Origin: Candidatus Fimousia sp.
GTDB lineage: Bacteria; Bacillota; Clostridia; Lachnospirales; Lachnospiraceae
Length of the DNA: 64,000 nucleotides
Direction: 5' to 3'
Assembly (NCBI GenBank): GCA_045616445.1
Contig: JAZLGR010000017.1
Span: 2,202 to 66,201, forward strand
The notes beneath the pieces are model-generated. The model saw only the letters and a list, made by a program, of their open reading frames with translations, was not told the origin of the DNA and did no database searches. Shown here piece after piece: positions 1 through 10,309 of this stretch (position 1 is its first letter; the number at the start of each line of letters is the position of its first letter). The position numbers and the translations under genes are program-made.

Positions 1-1391
1 TCCTTCAAAATCTCTGCACCAATATATCGTTCTCTGTCACTAAACTGGATGTCCTTCAGATAGGAAACCAGCTTTTTGATATTCATCTCACAGATTTCTG
101 TGATATTCTTCTCTCCGATGGTTACCGCAAGGGAGGTTTTCTTCAGTCGCTGTCCGTTACATGCCTTACATGGAGTGACTGACATGAAGGTTTCATATTC
201 TGCCTTCATACGTTCAGAGGATTCCTTGTAGCGGCGATAAGCATTCTCAATTAACCCTTCAAATGCTACATTATACACCCCTTCTCCTCGCTGACCGATA
301 TGATGCACCTTCACTTCATGGCCATTGGTACCATAGATGAGTATGGATCGCTGTTCTTCGGTCAGATCCTTAAATGGGGTGTCTAAACTGAAGCTGTATT
401 CATCTGCCAATGCTTTCAGCACACTGTAGGAAAATCCCTTCTTGGTTTTTACAGACTGCCATCCCAGCAGGGTGATGGCGCCCTCTGCAATGCTTAAATT
501 CCAGTCCGGAATCATCATCTCAATATCAAATTCCATCTTCTCGCCAAGTCCGGAGCACTCTGGACAGGCGCCAAATGGATTGTTAAAGGAGAAGCTTCGT
601 GGCTCAATCTCTTCCATACTGACACCGCAGTCTGGACAGGAAAAGCTGGTGCTGTAGGACAATTCTTCTCCGCCGATGATATCCAGTACAAGGAGGCCAT
701 CGGAAAGATCCATAACTGTCTCAATGGAATCGGTGAGTCGCTTCTCGATGCCTTCGCGGACCACAAGACGGTCCACAACGACTTCTATATTATGTTTCTT
801 GTTTTTATCTAAGTTAATATCCTCTGATAAATCGTAGATATTGCCATCCACACGGACACGGACATACCCACTCTTCTTCATCTGGGCAAGAAGCTTGGTA
901 TGCTGACCCTTACGCCCACGGACGATTGGCGCAAGGAGCTGGAATCTGGTACGTTCCGGCAGGCAGAGCACCGCATCCACAATCTGATCCACGGTCTGAC
1001 GGCTGATGACACGTCCGCAGTCCGGACAGTGTGGCACTCCGATGCGGGCATATAACAGTCGCAGATAATCATAAATCTCTGTTACAGTACCCACTGTGGA
1101 TCTTGGATTTCGATTGGTCGTCTTCTGGTCAATGGAGATTGCCGGAGAAAGTCCGGAGATATGCTCCACTTCCGGTTTTTCCATCTGCCCTAAGAACTGT
1201 CTCGCATAGGAAGAGAGAGATTCCATATATCGTCTCTGCCCCTCTGCATAGATGGTATCAAAGGCCAGGGAAGACTTGCCAGATCCGCTTAGGCCTGTCA
1301 TAACCACGAATTCATTCCTTGGGATTTCAATATCAATATTCTTCAGATTGTGCTCTCTGGCACCGGTAATCTTAATGATATCTTTTTTCAT
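1..1391 (-). CDS. uvrA: excinuclease ABC subunit UvrA, N-terminal ~463 codons (gene runs off left edge)
   Basis: Open to the window edge, so absent from the ORF track. Reverse translation from ATG 1391 reads MKKDIIKITGAREHNLKNIDIEIPRNEFVVMTGLSGSGKSSLAFDTIYAEGQRRYMES, the canonical UvrA N-terminus with a Walker A. It lies 43 nt downstream of uvrB. Confidence 0.93.
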   Translation of the reverse strand, partial: MKKDIIKITGAREHNLKNIDIEIPRNEFVVMTGLSGSGKSSLAFDTIYAEGQRRYMESLSSYARQFLGQMEKPEVEHISGLSPAISIDQKTTNRNPRSTVGTVTEIYDYLRLLYARIGVPHCPDCGRVISRQTVDQIVDAVLCLPERTRFQLLAPIVRGRKGQHTKLLAQMKKSGYVRVRVDGNIYDLSEDINLDKNKKHNIEVVVDRLVVREGIEKRLTDSIETVMDLSDGLLVLDIIGGEELSYSTSFSCPDCGVSMEEIEPRSFSFNNPFGACPECSGLGEKMEFDIEMMIPDWNLSIAEGAITLLGWQSVKTKKGFSYSVLKALADEYSFSLDTPFKDLTEEQRSILIYGTNGHEVKVHHIGQRGEGVYNVAFEGLIENAYRRYKESSERMKAEYETFMSVTPCKACNGQRLKKTSLAVTIGEKNITEICEMNIKKLVSYLKDIQFSDRERYIGAEILK

Positions 1392-1433
1392 GTTACTTCC
1401 TTTATCTTTATCTATATTTCTATCTCAAATATG

Positions 1434-3419
1434 CTAATTCAAATCATAGTCGCGCAGCGCAACCTTATATTCCTTCAGCTGATCACGATACATCGCAGCA
1501 TGCTCAAAATCAAGCTCGGATGCTGCCTGGTTCATCTTCTTGGTCAGCTTCTTGATCATATCGTTGAGTTCTTTCTTATTCATGGATTCCGGATCCTTTG
1601 TATCTTTCTTCGCAACCACATCCTCTGTGATGGAAATCAGGTCACGGATATCCTTCTTGATGGTCTGTGGGATGATTCCGTGTTCCTTATTATAACGGTC
1701 CTGAATCTCTCTTCTTCGTTCTGTCTCTGTAATGGCACGATACATGGAATCTGTCATGTGATCTGCATACATGATAACGCGTCCTTCAGCATTACGGGCA
1801 GCTCGCCCAATGGTCTGAACAAGGGAGGTCTCTGAACGGAGGAACCCTTCCTTGTCCGCATCTAAGATGGCAACCAGGGTAATCTCCGGAATATCCAGTC
1901 CCTCTCTTAAGAGGTTGATGCCCACCAGCACGTCAAATACACCCATACGCAAGTCACGTACAATCTCAATTCGCTCCAATGTGTCGATATCGGAGTGGAG
2001 ATACTTCACTTTGATATCCACTTCACGCATATAGTCGGTCAGATCCTCTGCCATACGCTTTGTCAGAGTGGTTACTAATACTTTGTTGCCCTTGGCAACT
2101 TCTATATTCACTTCAGAAATCAGGTCATCGATCTGTCCATCCACCGGACGCACTTCCACCTTCGGATCCAGTAATCCAGTTGGGCGGATGATCTGTTCGG
2201 CACGAAGGAGCTCATGCTCATCCTCGTACACGTTCGGTGTGGCAGATACGAATAGCATCTGATCGATCTTAGTTTCAAATTCTTCAAAATTCAGTGGACG
2301 GTTATCCAGTGCCGATGGCAGACGGAATCCATAATCCACCAATGTCTGCTTACGGGAGCGATCCCCCGCATACATACCACGCACCTGTGGCATGGTAATA
2401 TGAGATTCATCGATGATCATGAGAAAATCATCCCCGAAGAAGTCCATCAGGGTATTCGGCGTTGCTCCCGACTCTAAGCCTGCCAAGTGTCGGGAATAAT
2501 TCTCAATACCGGAACAGAATCCGGTCTCCTTCATCATCTCAATATCAAAGTTGGTTCGCTCAGCCACTCGCTGCGCTTCTAATAGCTGATCATTCTCCTT
2601 AAAGTATGCCACACGTTCCACCAGCTCTGCCTGAATGCCCTCGATGGCGTGGTTCATCTGTTCTTCCGGAACTGCATAGTGGGATGCAGGGAAGATGGCT
2701 ACAAAGCTTAAGGCGCGCTTAATCTCGCCTGTTAAGATATCGAATTCCACAATTCGGTCAATCTCATCCCCGAAGAATTCCACACGCACTGCGTCCTCAA
2801 AGGTGGAAATCGGCACAATCTCTAACACATCGCCCTTCACGCGGAAGGTTCCACGCTTAAAATCCAGCTCATTACGGATATACTGAATATTGATCAGCTG
2901 ATCAATAACCTCATCACGGTCCTTGACCATGCCCACACGAAGGGAAAGCATCATCTCTTCGTAGTTTTCACGGGCACCAATACCGTAGATGCAGGAAACA
3001 GAGGAAATGACGATGACATCACGGCGCTCGATCAGTGCTGCTGTGGCACTATGGCGCATCTTATCGATCTCATCATTGACAGAGGAGTCCTTCTCAATAT
3101 AAGTATCTGTGGAAGGAACATACGCCTCCGGCTGATAATAATCATAGTAGGATACAAAGTACTCCACCGCGTTCTCCGGGAAGAATTCCTTGAATTCACT
3201 GTATAACTGGGCTGCCAGTGTCTTATTGTGAGCCAGCACCAGGGTCGGTTTATTCAATTGTTCGATAATATTGGCCATGGTAAAGGTCTTACCAGAGCCT
3301 GTAACACCAAGCAGTGTCTCAAACTGATTCCCTTCGCGAAACCCATCCACCAGCTCTTTGATGGCCTGTGGCTGATCTCCAGTTGGCTGATATTCGGAAT
3401 GTAATACAAAATGATCCAT
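1434..3419 (-). CDS. uvrB: excinuclease ABC subunit UvrB
   Basis: Walker [10 protein letters not shown], helicase core and C-terminal UVR motif ([14 protein letters not shown]). Start moved from track 3440 to ATG 3419 ([12 protein letters not shown]) because GAGGAGG lies 7 nt upstream. Confidence 0.93.
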   Translation of the reverse strand: MDHFVLHSEYQPTGDQPQAIKELVDGFREGNQFETLLGVTGSGKTFTMANIIEQLNKPTLVLAHNKTLAAQLYSEFKEFFPENAVEYFVSYYDYYQPEAYVPSTDTYIEKDSSVNDEIDKMRHSATAALIERRDVIVISSVSCIYGIGARENYEEMMLSLRVGMVKDRDEVIDQLINIQYIRNELDFKRGTFRVKGDVLEIVPISTFEDAVRVEFFGDEIDRIVEFDILTGEIKRALSFVAIFPASHYAVPEEQMNHAIEGIQAELVERVAYFKENDQLLEAQRVAERTNFDIEMMKETGFCSGIENYSRHLAGLESGATPNTLMDFFGDDFLMIIDESHITMPQVRGMYAGDRSRKQTLVDYGFRLPSALDNRPLNFEEFETKIDQMLFVSATPNVYEDEHELLRAEQIIRPTGLLDPKVEVRPVDGQIDDLISEVNIEVAKGNKVLVTTLTKRMAEDLTDYMREVDIKVKYLHSDIDTLERIEIVRDLRMGVFDVLVGINLLREGLDIPEITLVAILDADKEGFLRSETSLVQTIGRAARNAEGRVIMYADHMTDSMYRAITETERRREIQDRYNKEHGIIPQTIKKDIRDLISITEDVVAKKDTKDPESMNKKELNDMIKKLTKKMNQAASELDFEHAAMYRDQLKEYKVALRDYDLN

Positions 3420-3492
3420 CTCTGTTCCTCCTCTGTTCATTCGTCTATTGTATAGTATAGCAAATAGATTTTATAATGTACAGATATATTTA

Positions 3493-3506
3493 CAAACAAA
3501 CGTTCG
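3493..3506 (-). promoter_or_regulatory. candidate LexA (Cheo/DinR) box upstream of uvrB
   Basis: The minus strand reads CGAACGTTTGTTTG, against the Firmicute consensus CGAAC-N4-GTTCG. One half-site has a mismatch. It lies about 75-87 nt upstream of the uvrB start. Confidence 0.5.
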
Positions 3507-3516
3507 AGTGCTTTTG

Positions 3517-4455
3517 TCAGATCATACCCCAGCTGGACAGGGTAAATACCATCAGAAAGATGGTCAGCACGCAGAAAACGGAGGTTGTCGCCACAATTTC
3601 TCCAGCCAGTTCTCCATTACCTCCCATCGCCTGCGCCATAGGACCGGAAGCCACTGCGGTTGGTGAAGCAAAAATTGCAAGAATAGCAACCAAAGCGTCC
3701 CCGCGATAACCCAGCACAATAGACAGGCCCAGCATAGTAACTGGGAAGAGAATCAATCGTCCCACATTGACTGCCAGAAGCTTCTTCAGATGTCGCACCA
3801 TGCTTCCGAAGGAGAGCATGCCACCTAAGCTTACCAGGGCAAGGGGTGTTGCGATATTACCCAGATTCGTAAGTGGTTTTGCCAGAAGCTCCGGAACGGG
3901 AATATGGAAAAATGCAAAGATAATACCCAGTACGCCCGCCTCAACCAGTGGGTTTTTGGCGATGTTTATAAGGATGGTGGAGACATTTACCTTGCCGCCA
4001 CGATTGGTTTCAAAGAGAATCACGGACAAAATATTAAACAGTGGCACGACCAGGGAAGCCATAGCGGAGACAAATGCTACGCCGCTCTCGCCACACAGTG
4101 CCATACCGATAGTTGTCCCGAAAAGTACAAAGTTACTTCGATAGATGCCCTGGACCATGGTTGCGCTGTCCGCCCGGTTCGCCACAAATCTGCGGCACAG
4201 CACCCAGGTGATGATGAATAAAACCAGCACGCTGATGCTGACGTAGGTGAAAAACACAGGCTTCACCGTCTCTCCAAGGTCTGCATCGTAGACATTAAAA
4301 AACAGGGTCAGTGGGATAAAGATGCGGAAGATCATGGTGTTCATCGCCTTAAAATGATCTACCGTCAGAATATCAAGTTTACGAATCAGTCCTCCGACTG
4401 CCATATACACAACAAATGGTACTACAACCGATGCTGCAAGAAAAAAACTTTCCAT
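3517..4455 (-). CDS. AEC family (auxin-efflux-carrier / malate-permease-like) transporter
   Basis: 312-aa polytopic membrane protein with about 10 hydrophobic segments and an AEC-like N-terminus. Paralogous in style to 14041..14985. Confidence 0.75.
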   Translation of the reverse strand: MESFFLAASVVVPFVVYMAVGGLIRKLDILTVDHFKAMNTMIFRIFIPLTLFFNVYDADLGETVKPVFFTYVSISVLVLFIITWVLCRRFVANRADSATMVQGIYRSNFVLFGTTIGMALCGESGVAFVSAMASLVVPLFNILSVILFETNRGGKVNVSTILINIAKNPLVEAGVLGIIFAFFHIPVPELLAKPLTNLGNIATPLALVSLGGMLSFGSMVRHLKKLLAVNVGRLILFPVTMLGLSIVLGYRGDALVAILAIFASPTAVASGPMAQAMGGNGELAGEIVATTSVFCVLTIFLMVFTLSSWGMI

Positions 4456-4524
4456 AGGATACCTCTTTTATATACATTTACACATTACCTAATCATAATA
4501 ATACAAAAATATAATAATGAACAG

Positions 4525-4561
4525 AAGAAAAAGGCTTACCATCATTACAATAGTAAGCCTT
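4525..4561 (-). terminator. intrinsic terminator after the S41 protease gene
   Basis: AAGGCTTAC/GTAAGCCTT stem followed by a U-run on the minus strand. Confidence 0.7.
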
Positions 4562-4574
4562 CCTGTCTCAAACA

Positions 4575-5756
4575 TTATTTTTTATTCAATTCTTCAATTG
4601 CCCGCTGGAGCTGATTGTCTTCATCCTTCTCAATCTTCACTTTCTTCTGAAGATTTTTGTCTAATTTTACCTCCACATCCGGTTTGATTCCCTTCTTGTG
4701 GATACTGCGTCCCTTCGGCGTATAATAATCAGAGATGGTAAGCTTCAGTGCGGAGCCATCGCCCATGGCCATAATATTCTGGACGATTCCTTTACCAAAA
4801 CTGGTTGTTCCAACGATGGTTCCATAGCCATAATCCTGAATTGCCCCTGTCACGATTTCTGACGCGCTGGCACTGTATTCATTGATCAGTACGACCAGTG
4901 GAACACCAAGCTCATCATCGGAAATCGCCTGGAATTCTTCCTTGGTGCCATCCTTGGTCTTTGTGGAGACGATCAGACCCGTTGGTAAAATCTTATCTGA
5001 AATACTGACTGCAGCAGAGAGCAGTCCACCCGGATTGTTTCGAAGATCCAGTACCATCTTCTCCATCCCCTGTTCACGAAGCGCTTCTAATGCTTTGTCA
5101 AACTGGTTTACGGTAACTTCGTCAAATTCGTTGATCTGAACATATCCAACCTTGCCCTTTAACATCTCGAATTCCACTGTTGGACTTTCAACCTGCTTAC
5201 GGGTAATGGTAAATGTCTTACTTTTTTTATCTCGAATAAAGTTCAGTGTTACGCTGGTGCCTTCCGGTCCTTTGATCTTGGTTACGACACTGGACAGTTC
5301 ATCTGTCGCTCCCACCTCATAATCATCGACCTTCTCCAGAATATCTCCGGTCTTTAACCCAGCTTCCTCCGCAGGACTTCCCTTGATGGTTCGAACAACT
5401 GAGATATAGCCATCGGCATCCTGCTGCAGAACAGCTCCAATCCCGGAAAATACCCCCTGGGTTTCTTCTTTCAGTGCAGTATATTCCTCTTTGGTATAGT
5501 AACAGGAATAATTTTCCTTCAGCCCTGCTACCATACCCTTGTAAATATACTCCTGCATCTGTTCCTCATCCACATCATAGAGATAGTACTTATCGATGGC
5601 TCTCTTGATCTGCATCATCTTAAAATTGCTGGCCAGTCCATTGCCGGCATTAAAGGCAAATGTCTTAAGCAGCATTCCCTCTCCAACACAAATCAGGATC
5701 AGAATGAGAATCAGCGCATCCTTTACGATATTCTTAACAGTTTTCTTGTTTCTCAT
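4575..5756 (-). CDS. S41 family C-terminal processing peptidase
   Basis: N-terminal membrane anchor, PDZ-like block GSPAEEAGLKTGDILEKVDD, and S41 catalytic blocks NEYSASASEI and TSFGKGIVQ. Confidence 0.88.
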   Translation of the reverse strand: MRNKKTVKNIVKDALILILILICVGEGMLLKTFAFNAGNGLASNFKMMQIKRAIDKYYLYDVDEEQMQEYIYKGMVAGLKENYSCYYTKEEYTALKEETQGVFSGIGAVLQQDADGYISVVRTIKGSPAEEAGLKTGDILEKVDDYEVGATDELSSVVTKIKGPEGTSVTLNFIRDKKSKTFTITRKQVESPTVEFEMLKGKVGYVQINEFDEVTVNQFDKALEALREQGMEKMVLDLRNNPGGLLSAAVSISDKILPTGLIVSTKTKDGTKEEFQAISDDELGVPLVVLINEYSASASEIVTGAIQDYGYGTIVGTTSFGKGIVQNIMAMGDGSALKLTISDYYTPKGRSIHKKGIKPDVEVKLDKNLQKKVKIEKDEDNQLQRAIEELNKK

Positions 5757-5761
5757 AGTTA

Positions 5762-6850
5762 CTAATATTCAATACTTTCCATGTACTTCATGTACTTCAC
5801 AACCATCAATGCAATCTTGAAGGTGATCGCATCTTCAAAGATACGAAGATCTAAATTGGTCTGCTTCTGAAGCTTATCAAGACGGTACACCAATGTATTA
5901 CGGTGAATGTATAACTGTCTGGATGTTTCAGAAACATTCAGGTTATTTTCAAAGAATTTATTAATGGTTGTCAGAGTTTCTTCATCGAAGTTATCTGGTG
6001 AGTTGCCATCGAAGATTTCCTTGATGAACATCTTACAAAGTGGTAATGGAAGCTGATAGATCAGACGACCAATTCCCAAATTGCTGTATGCCACGATGCT
6101 GTCTTCTGCATAGAAAATCTTACCTACAGAGAGCGCCATCTTCGCTTCCTTGAAGGAGCGGGACACTTCCTTGATTTCGTTGACAACGGTACCAAATGCG
6201 ATGTTTGTTTCCGGATATCCGGCACTTGTCAGTGTGTCTAAAATTACATCTGCAGTTTTGTAGAAATCATCATAGGTTTCTCCTTCCTTGACTTCACGAA
6301 CGAGAATGATATTCTTCTCATCAACTGCTGTAATAAAGTTCTTTGTCTTAGTTGCAAAAATGCTACGAACCTTCTCTAAGGCATTGCTTTCCTTGTCGCG
6401 CTTGGTTTCAATAATGTACACCAGTCGTTTCACATCGGTATCAATGTGAAGCTTCTTTGCACGGTTATAAATATCTACTAATAAAAGATTGTCCAGGAGC
6501 AGATTCTTGATAAAATTATCTTTATCAAATCGTTCTTTATAGGCAACCAGTAACCCCTGAATCTGGAATGCCGCCATCTTTCCAACCATGTAGATATCAT
6601 CTGTTTCGCCCTTAACCAGAACAATATATTCTAACTGATTGCCATCAAAAACCTTGAAGAACTGGTAACCCTGCATCATCTGGCTTTCAGCTAAGGACTG
6701 CGCAAAAACCTGTACTGACTCAAGATATCCACTCACATCTGAGATGGTGGAAGCCAATACTTTACCTTCTGTATCCATAACACATAAATCAGTTCGGGAA
6801 ATTGATTTAATTCCGTCTACTGTGTCCTGTAAAATCTGATTTGAGATCAT
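5762..6850 (-). CDS. CdaR/PucR family transcriptional regulator
   Basis: C-terminal PucR-type HTH SETSRQLYIHRNTLVYRLDKLQKQT. Start moved to ATG 6850 (MISNQ), which sits behind AAAGGAAAGGG; the track start is 6877. Confidence 0.8.
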   Translation of the reverse strand: MISNQILQDTVDGIKSISRTDLCVMDTEGKVLASTISDVSGYLESVQVFAQSLAESQMMQGYQFFKVFDGNQLEYIVLVKGETDDIYMVGKMAAFQIQGLLVAYKERFDKDNFIKNLLLDNLLLVDIYNRAKKLHIDTDVKRLVYIIETKRDKESNALEKVRSIFATKTKNFITAVDEKNIILVREVKEGETYDDFYKTADVILDTLTSAGYPETNIAFGTVVNEIKEVSRSFKEAKMALSVGKIFYAEDSIVAYSNLGIGRLIYQLPLPLCKMFIKEIFDGNSPDNFDEETLTTINKFFENNLNVSETSRQLYIHRNTLVYRLDKLQKQTNLDLRIFEDAITFKIALMVVKYMKYMESIEY

Positions 6851-6901
6851 ATTGCTACACCCTTTCCTTTCTTTCATTTATACTATACAGCAATTTTAAC
6901 G

Positions 6902-6940
6902 AAAAAAAAAGAGAAGAATGCAATTTTCTTCTCTTTTTTA
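6902..6940 (-). terminator. intrinsic terminator (A/T-flanked, potentially bidirectional)
   Basis: AAGAGAAGAA/TTCTTCTCTT 10-bp stem with a 7-nt loop and flanking A- and T-runs. Confidence 0.7.
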
Positions 6941-7028
6941 TACAATTTTTAATATCTTTTTTTGTATATTCTAGCCAAAATATAAAGTCATTTGTCAATT
7001 TGCCATTTTTCTTTTTCGTGATTTTTTA

Positions 7029-7742
7029 TTATTCAGATACTTCCTGTTCAAATTGCTGCCAGAATTCTGTCGAAATTCTCTCAGAACCAATCTGGAGACG
7101 CTTCTTAATCCACTTTACAATGGCAGAATCGTCCTTTTCATCCATCACGCCTTCGAAAATATGGGAAGAGATTCGCTCGGAACTGATGAAGAGCTTGGTT
7201 CCCAGATTCTCCATATGATTCAGCAGAAGTTTCATCTGCTTTTCAAGTGGAACTGCTGGAAGCACCAGATCCGGAAGATATCCGTTAATCTTATTCACCA
7301 GGGCTTCTAATCCCTCTTCGCTGTCTTTATCATAGGCAAGACTTCGAATATCTATGCCATCATAGTCATACTGAAGATATGCATGGGCTTTCTCACACTG
7401 TTCTTCTGTCTCACAAAGTACGCACACCATCTTCTTATTCTTAGCCATGGACTGCAGAAGTGCATCTAAATAGTCTTCCATATATCTGCCTTCCTGATTC
7501 ATGGCAATGGCTTTCTCAATATCATGATCTCCTGGTAATACCAGGTCTGCGCTTTTTACGAATTTCTGTGTTTCTTCTGATTTCTTGCTTTCTAATGCCA
7601 GCTTTGCTCCCGCCAGCAAAACAAAGTTAAAATAATCGTTATTCACATAACTTTGGGATATTTCAACTGCACGTGAAACAGAAACAGCATCTACGGTCAT
7701 CCCTAATACGGGCACCAATTCATAGTTGTTCTGATTTTCCAT
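7029..7742 (-). CDS. WecB/TagA/CpsF-like protein, apparently degenerate
   Basis: Follows the family template (VPVLGMTVDAVS..., PDLVLPAVPLEKQ in place of the usual PD-IL-VGLG-PKQE) but with substitutions at conserved positions. ATG 7742 is preferred over the track TTG 7766. Confidence 0.5.
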   Translation of the reverse strand: MENQNNYELVPVLGMTVDAVSVSRAVEISQSYVNNDYFNFVLLAGAKLALESKKSEETQKFVKSADLVLPGDHDIEKAIAMNQEGRYMEDYLDALLQSMAKNKKMVCVLCETEEQCEKAHAYLQYDYDGIDIRSLAYDKDSEEGLEALVNKINGYLPDLVLPAVPLEKQMKLLLNHMENLGTKLFISSERISSHIFEGVMDEKDDSAIVKWIKKRLQIGSERISTEFWQQFEQEVSE

Positions 7743-7787
7743 AGTGTATTTGAGCTCCTTTGTCAAGTAAACACAGATGCTATCGGA

Positions 7788-8714
7788 TTAATCTTCTTCT
7801 GCTTCCGTAGAACCTGTACCAGTCATGCTGCTTACAGACTTACCAACTGTATTGCCTTCTACAATATCATTGATGAGGTCTTTTGCTGCATCGATGTCTG
7901 CTTCAAATGCACTTCCATTGAGTGTACCTTCTAAACTAACCACATAGATATCTTCTGGTTTTAATTCAGAAGCGATGTCTACATACATGGAGATATCACT
8001 GTATTCAAGATCAGAGGATCCGTTCTTGTAGATTGTCTTTACATATTCAGCAAGTTTTTCCTTGTCTGTATCTTTGAAGATAGATGCCACATAACCAGCG
8101 ATGAAGTTTTCTGCACCTTCGATAAATGCTGTATCTGTAGATTCATCATACATTCCCTTACCGGATAATACACCCCAGGACTGGTTACCGTTCATAGTTG
8201 TTTCTCCAGCTTCCATATTAACCTTCATCTGGTTCATATCACGGAAGGATACTGGGTAAGGAAGAGTCGCTGTGAAGGAGTTACCTTCGTTGATCAGGTT
8301 AACAAATGCTTCCTGGTCAAAATCTTCGTAACCGGAAATTGTTACATTGTATGCGTTCTGGATGTTGTTGACAACCTTCTTCATACTTTCGCCGTTGCCT
8401 TCTGCATCATATTCAAAAAGGTCAGAATCCGGTCTCATACATATGATTGTCATCTTCTTATTCTTTGTGTCAAACACTCGGAGTGCAACGAAATCACCAA
8501 CACGGATACAGGTTACATACTGATCCTTAATGGATGCTGCTAATTCCTCTGCTTCTTTTTTTGCTGCTGCTTCTTTTTCAGCCTTGAATTTATGAGTGAA
8601 AAATGTCTTGGATCCAAAGTAGGATGCGCCCCCTGCGATGACGATTACTAAAAGGGCTGCAATGATACGGATCAATGGATTTTTCTTCTTTGCTTTGTTT
8701 TCTGGTTTGCTCAA
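7788..8714 (-). CDS. membrane-anchored extracytoplasmic protein, weakly LytR/CpsA/Psr (LCP)-like
   Basis: Lys-rich N-terminus plus a single TM (LIRIIAALLVIVIAGGASYF). The AAAGGAG SD sits 9 nt before TTG 8714. The LCP-like order of blocks is only loosely recognisable. Confidence 0.4.
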   Translation of the reverse strand: MSKPENKAKKKNPLIRIIAALLVIVIAGGASYFGSKTFFTHKFKAEKEAAAKKEAEELAASIKDQYVTCIRVGDFVALRVFDTKNKKMTIICMRPDSDLFEYDAEGNGESMKKVVNNIQNAYNVTISGYEDFDQEAFVNLINEGNSFTATLPYPVSFRDMNQMKVNMEAGETTMNGNQSWGVLSGKGMYDESTDTAFIEGAENFIAGYVASIFKDTDKEKLAEYVKTIYKNGSSDLEYSDISMYVDIASELKPEDIYVVSLEGTLNGSAFEADIDAAKDLINDIVEGNTVGKSVSSMTGTGSTEAEED

Positions 8715-8810
8715 GATTAAAATCTCCTTTCATTACATAGTTATTAACTATAACATTATAGCAAAACTTCTTGTCTATTTCAACCTTCCGCTTCCTCTAA
8801 ACCTTCCATG

Positions 8811-10289
8811 TTACTTGCATAAATCATATTTTTCTACGTCGATCACGCAGTTTCCGCGTGCCATGAATGTAATATCTCCTGCATCCACTGGAGTGTAGAT
8901 CTTACTTGTACAAGCCTGCGCACCACCATTTGCAAAGATTTCGATGCCATTCTTGTCAACTAAGATACGTAAATCAAGGGCACCGCCTTTGTCTTCCACA
9001 TAGAATTTTCTTGTTGTTACATAGTCGTAACGGCTTACACCGTAGGTACGGTCGAACTTAACAATATTGTCTTCCGGAACGAATACGATTTCTGCATACT
9101 GACCGTCTGTTTTTGCAAGTTTTAAGGAGAATCTTCTGAAGGAGCCATCTTCTTCTGGTCTGATGGAGACATTCAGATCGATAGTACGGCCTTCGATGCC
9201 TTCTAAGGACATTTCCTCAGATACCTTCACGTCTTTGTATGCAACGTGGTTGCTTCTATAGTTTTCGATTTCTCTTACCGGCCACTGGTAGAGACGATTG
9301 TTCTTGATGGAAAGCTCACGTGGAAGGGTCATGGAGCCGAATGTCTTTGTGTCGGCGCCCTTCACATGAACATCATTCCAGTTCTGCATCCATGCAACCA
9401 TGATTCTTCTGCCGTCTGCTGCTTCTAATGTCTGCTGAGCATAGAAGTCACAGCCATAGTCTACTGCCTGTACGTGATCTTTTACAAATGTCTTGCTCTC
9501 GATATCGTAACGGCCGATGAAGAAGAAGTTGCCGTAGCCTGCGTGGAATTCAAGCCCTTCTGGTAATGTTTCGTGGGCACAGAAGGTAAGACATTCTGTA
9601 CCTGCTAATGGGAAGAAGTCCGGACATTCCCACATGGTACCGTAACGGCCTTCACAGGAGATGATTCTGGATTCAAATACCCAGTTTTCTAAGTCTGTAG
9701 AGGAGAATAATACGGCACTGCCGGTTCCATCTTCTACTCGTGCAACTGCAAGCACATAGTAGTAATCCCCACTCTTAAATACCTTAGGATCACGGAAATC
9801 GATGTCGCTGATTCCTTCTGGAAGCTTGTCCGCACCGATGATTGGGTTCACAGACATTTTTTCGTAGTTGATACCGTCACCGATAGCTGCACACTGGTGC
9901 TGGTATCCGTGAAGATCTGCAGGCATATTCTCACGGCCATATACGCCAGTGTATACGAGAAGCTGTCTGCCGTCTTCTAATTCTAAAGCGGTTCCGGAGA
10001 ATACACCACGGTCATCTGCCGGTGTATCCGGAGCTAAGGCACAAGGAAGATATTCCCATGTAACGAAGTCTTTTGTTTTTGCGTGGCCCCAGTGCATTGG
10101 ACCCCAGGAAATGTCATATGGATAGTACTGGTAGAATAAGTGATATTCACCCTTATACATGGAAAATCCATTTGGATCGTTCATCCAGCCGATTGCTGGT
10201 GTTAAGTGGAATGCCGGTCTTTCTGCGTCTGCACTCGCCTTAAGTTCTGCTTCGTATGCTCTTGCGTTTTCTAATGTCATTGCTCTCAT
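8811..10289 (-). CDS. GH32 sucrose-6-phosphate hydrolase / beta-fructofuranosidase
   Basis: GH32 signature blocks WMNDPNG, FRDPKVF and WECPDFF. It lies 20 nt downstream of a LacI-type regulator. Confidence 0.9.
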   Translation of the reverse strand: MRAMTLENARAYEAELKASADAERPAFHLTPAIGWMNDPNGFSMYKGEYHLFYQYYPYDISWGPMHWGHAKTKDFVTWEYLPCALAPDTPADDRGVFSGTALELEDGRQLLVYTGVYGRENMPADLHGYQHQCAAIGDGINYEKMSVNPIIGADKLPEGISDIDFRDPKVFKSGDYYYVLAVARVEDGTGSAVLFSSTDLENWVFESRIISCEGRYGTMWECPDFFPLAGTECLTFCAHETLPEGLEFHAGYGNFFFIGRYDIESKTFVKDHVQAVDYGCDFYAQQTLEAADGRRIMVAWMQNWNDVHVKGADTKTFGSMTLPRELSIKNNRLYQWPVREIENYRSNHVAYKDVKVSEEMSLEGIEGRTIDLNVSIRPEEDGSFRRFSLKLAKTDGQYAEIVFVPEDNIVKFDRTYGVSRYDYVTTRKFYVEDKGGALDLRILVDKNGIEIFANGGAQACTSKIYTPVDAGDITFMARGNCVIDVEKYDLCK

Positions 10290-10309
10290 GGTTTTTTATC
10301 TCCTCGTGG

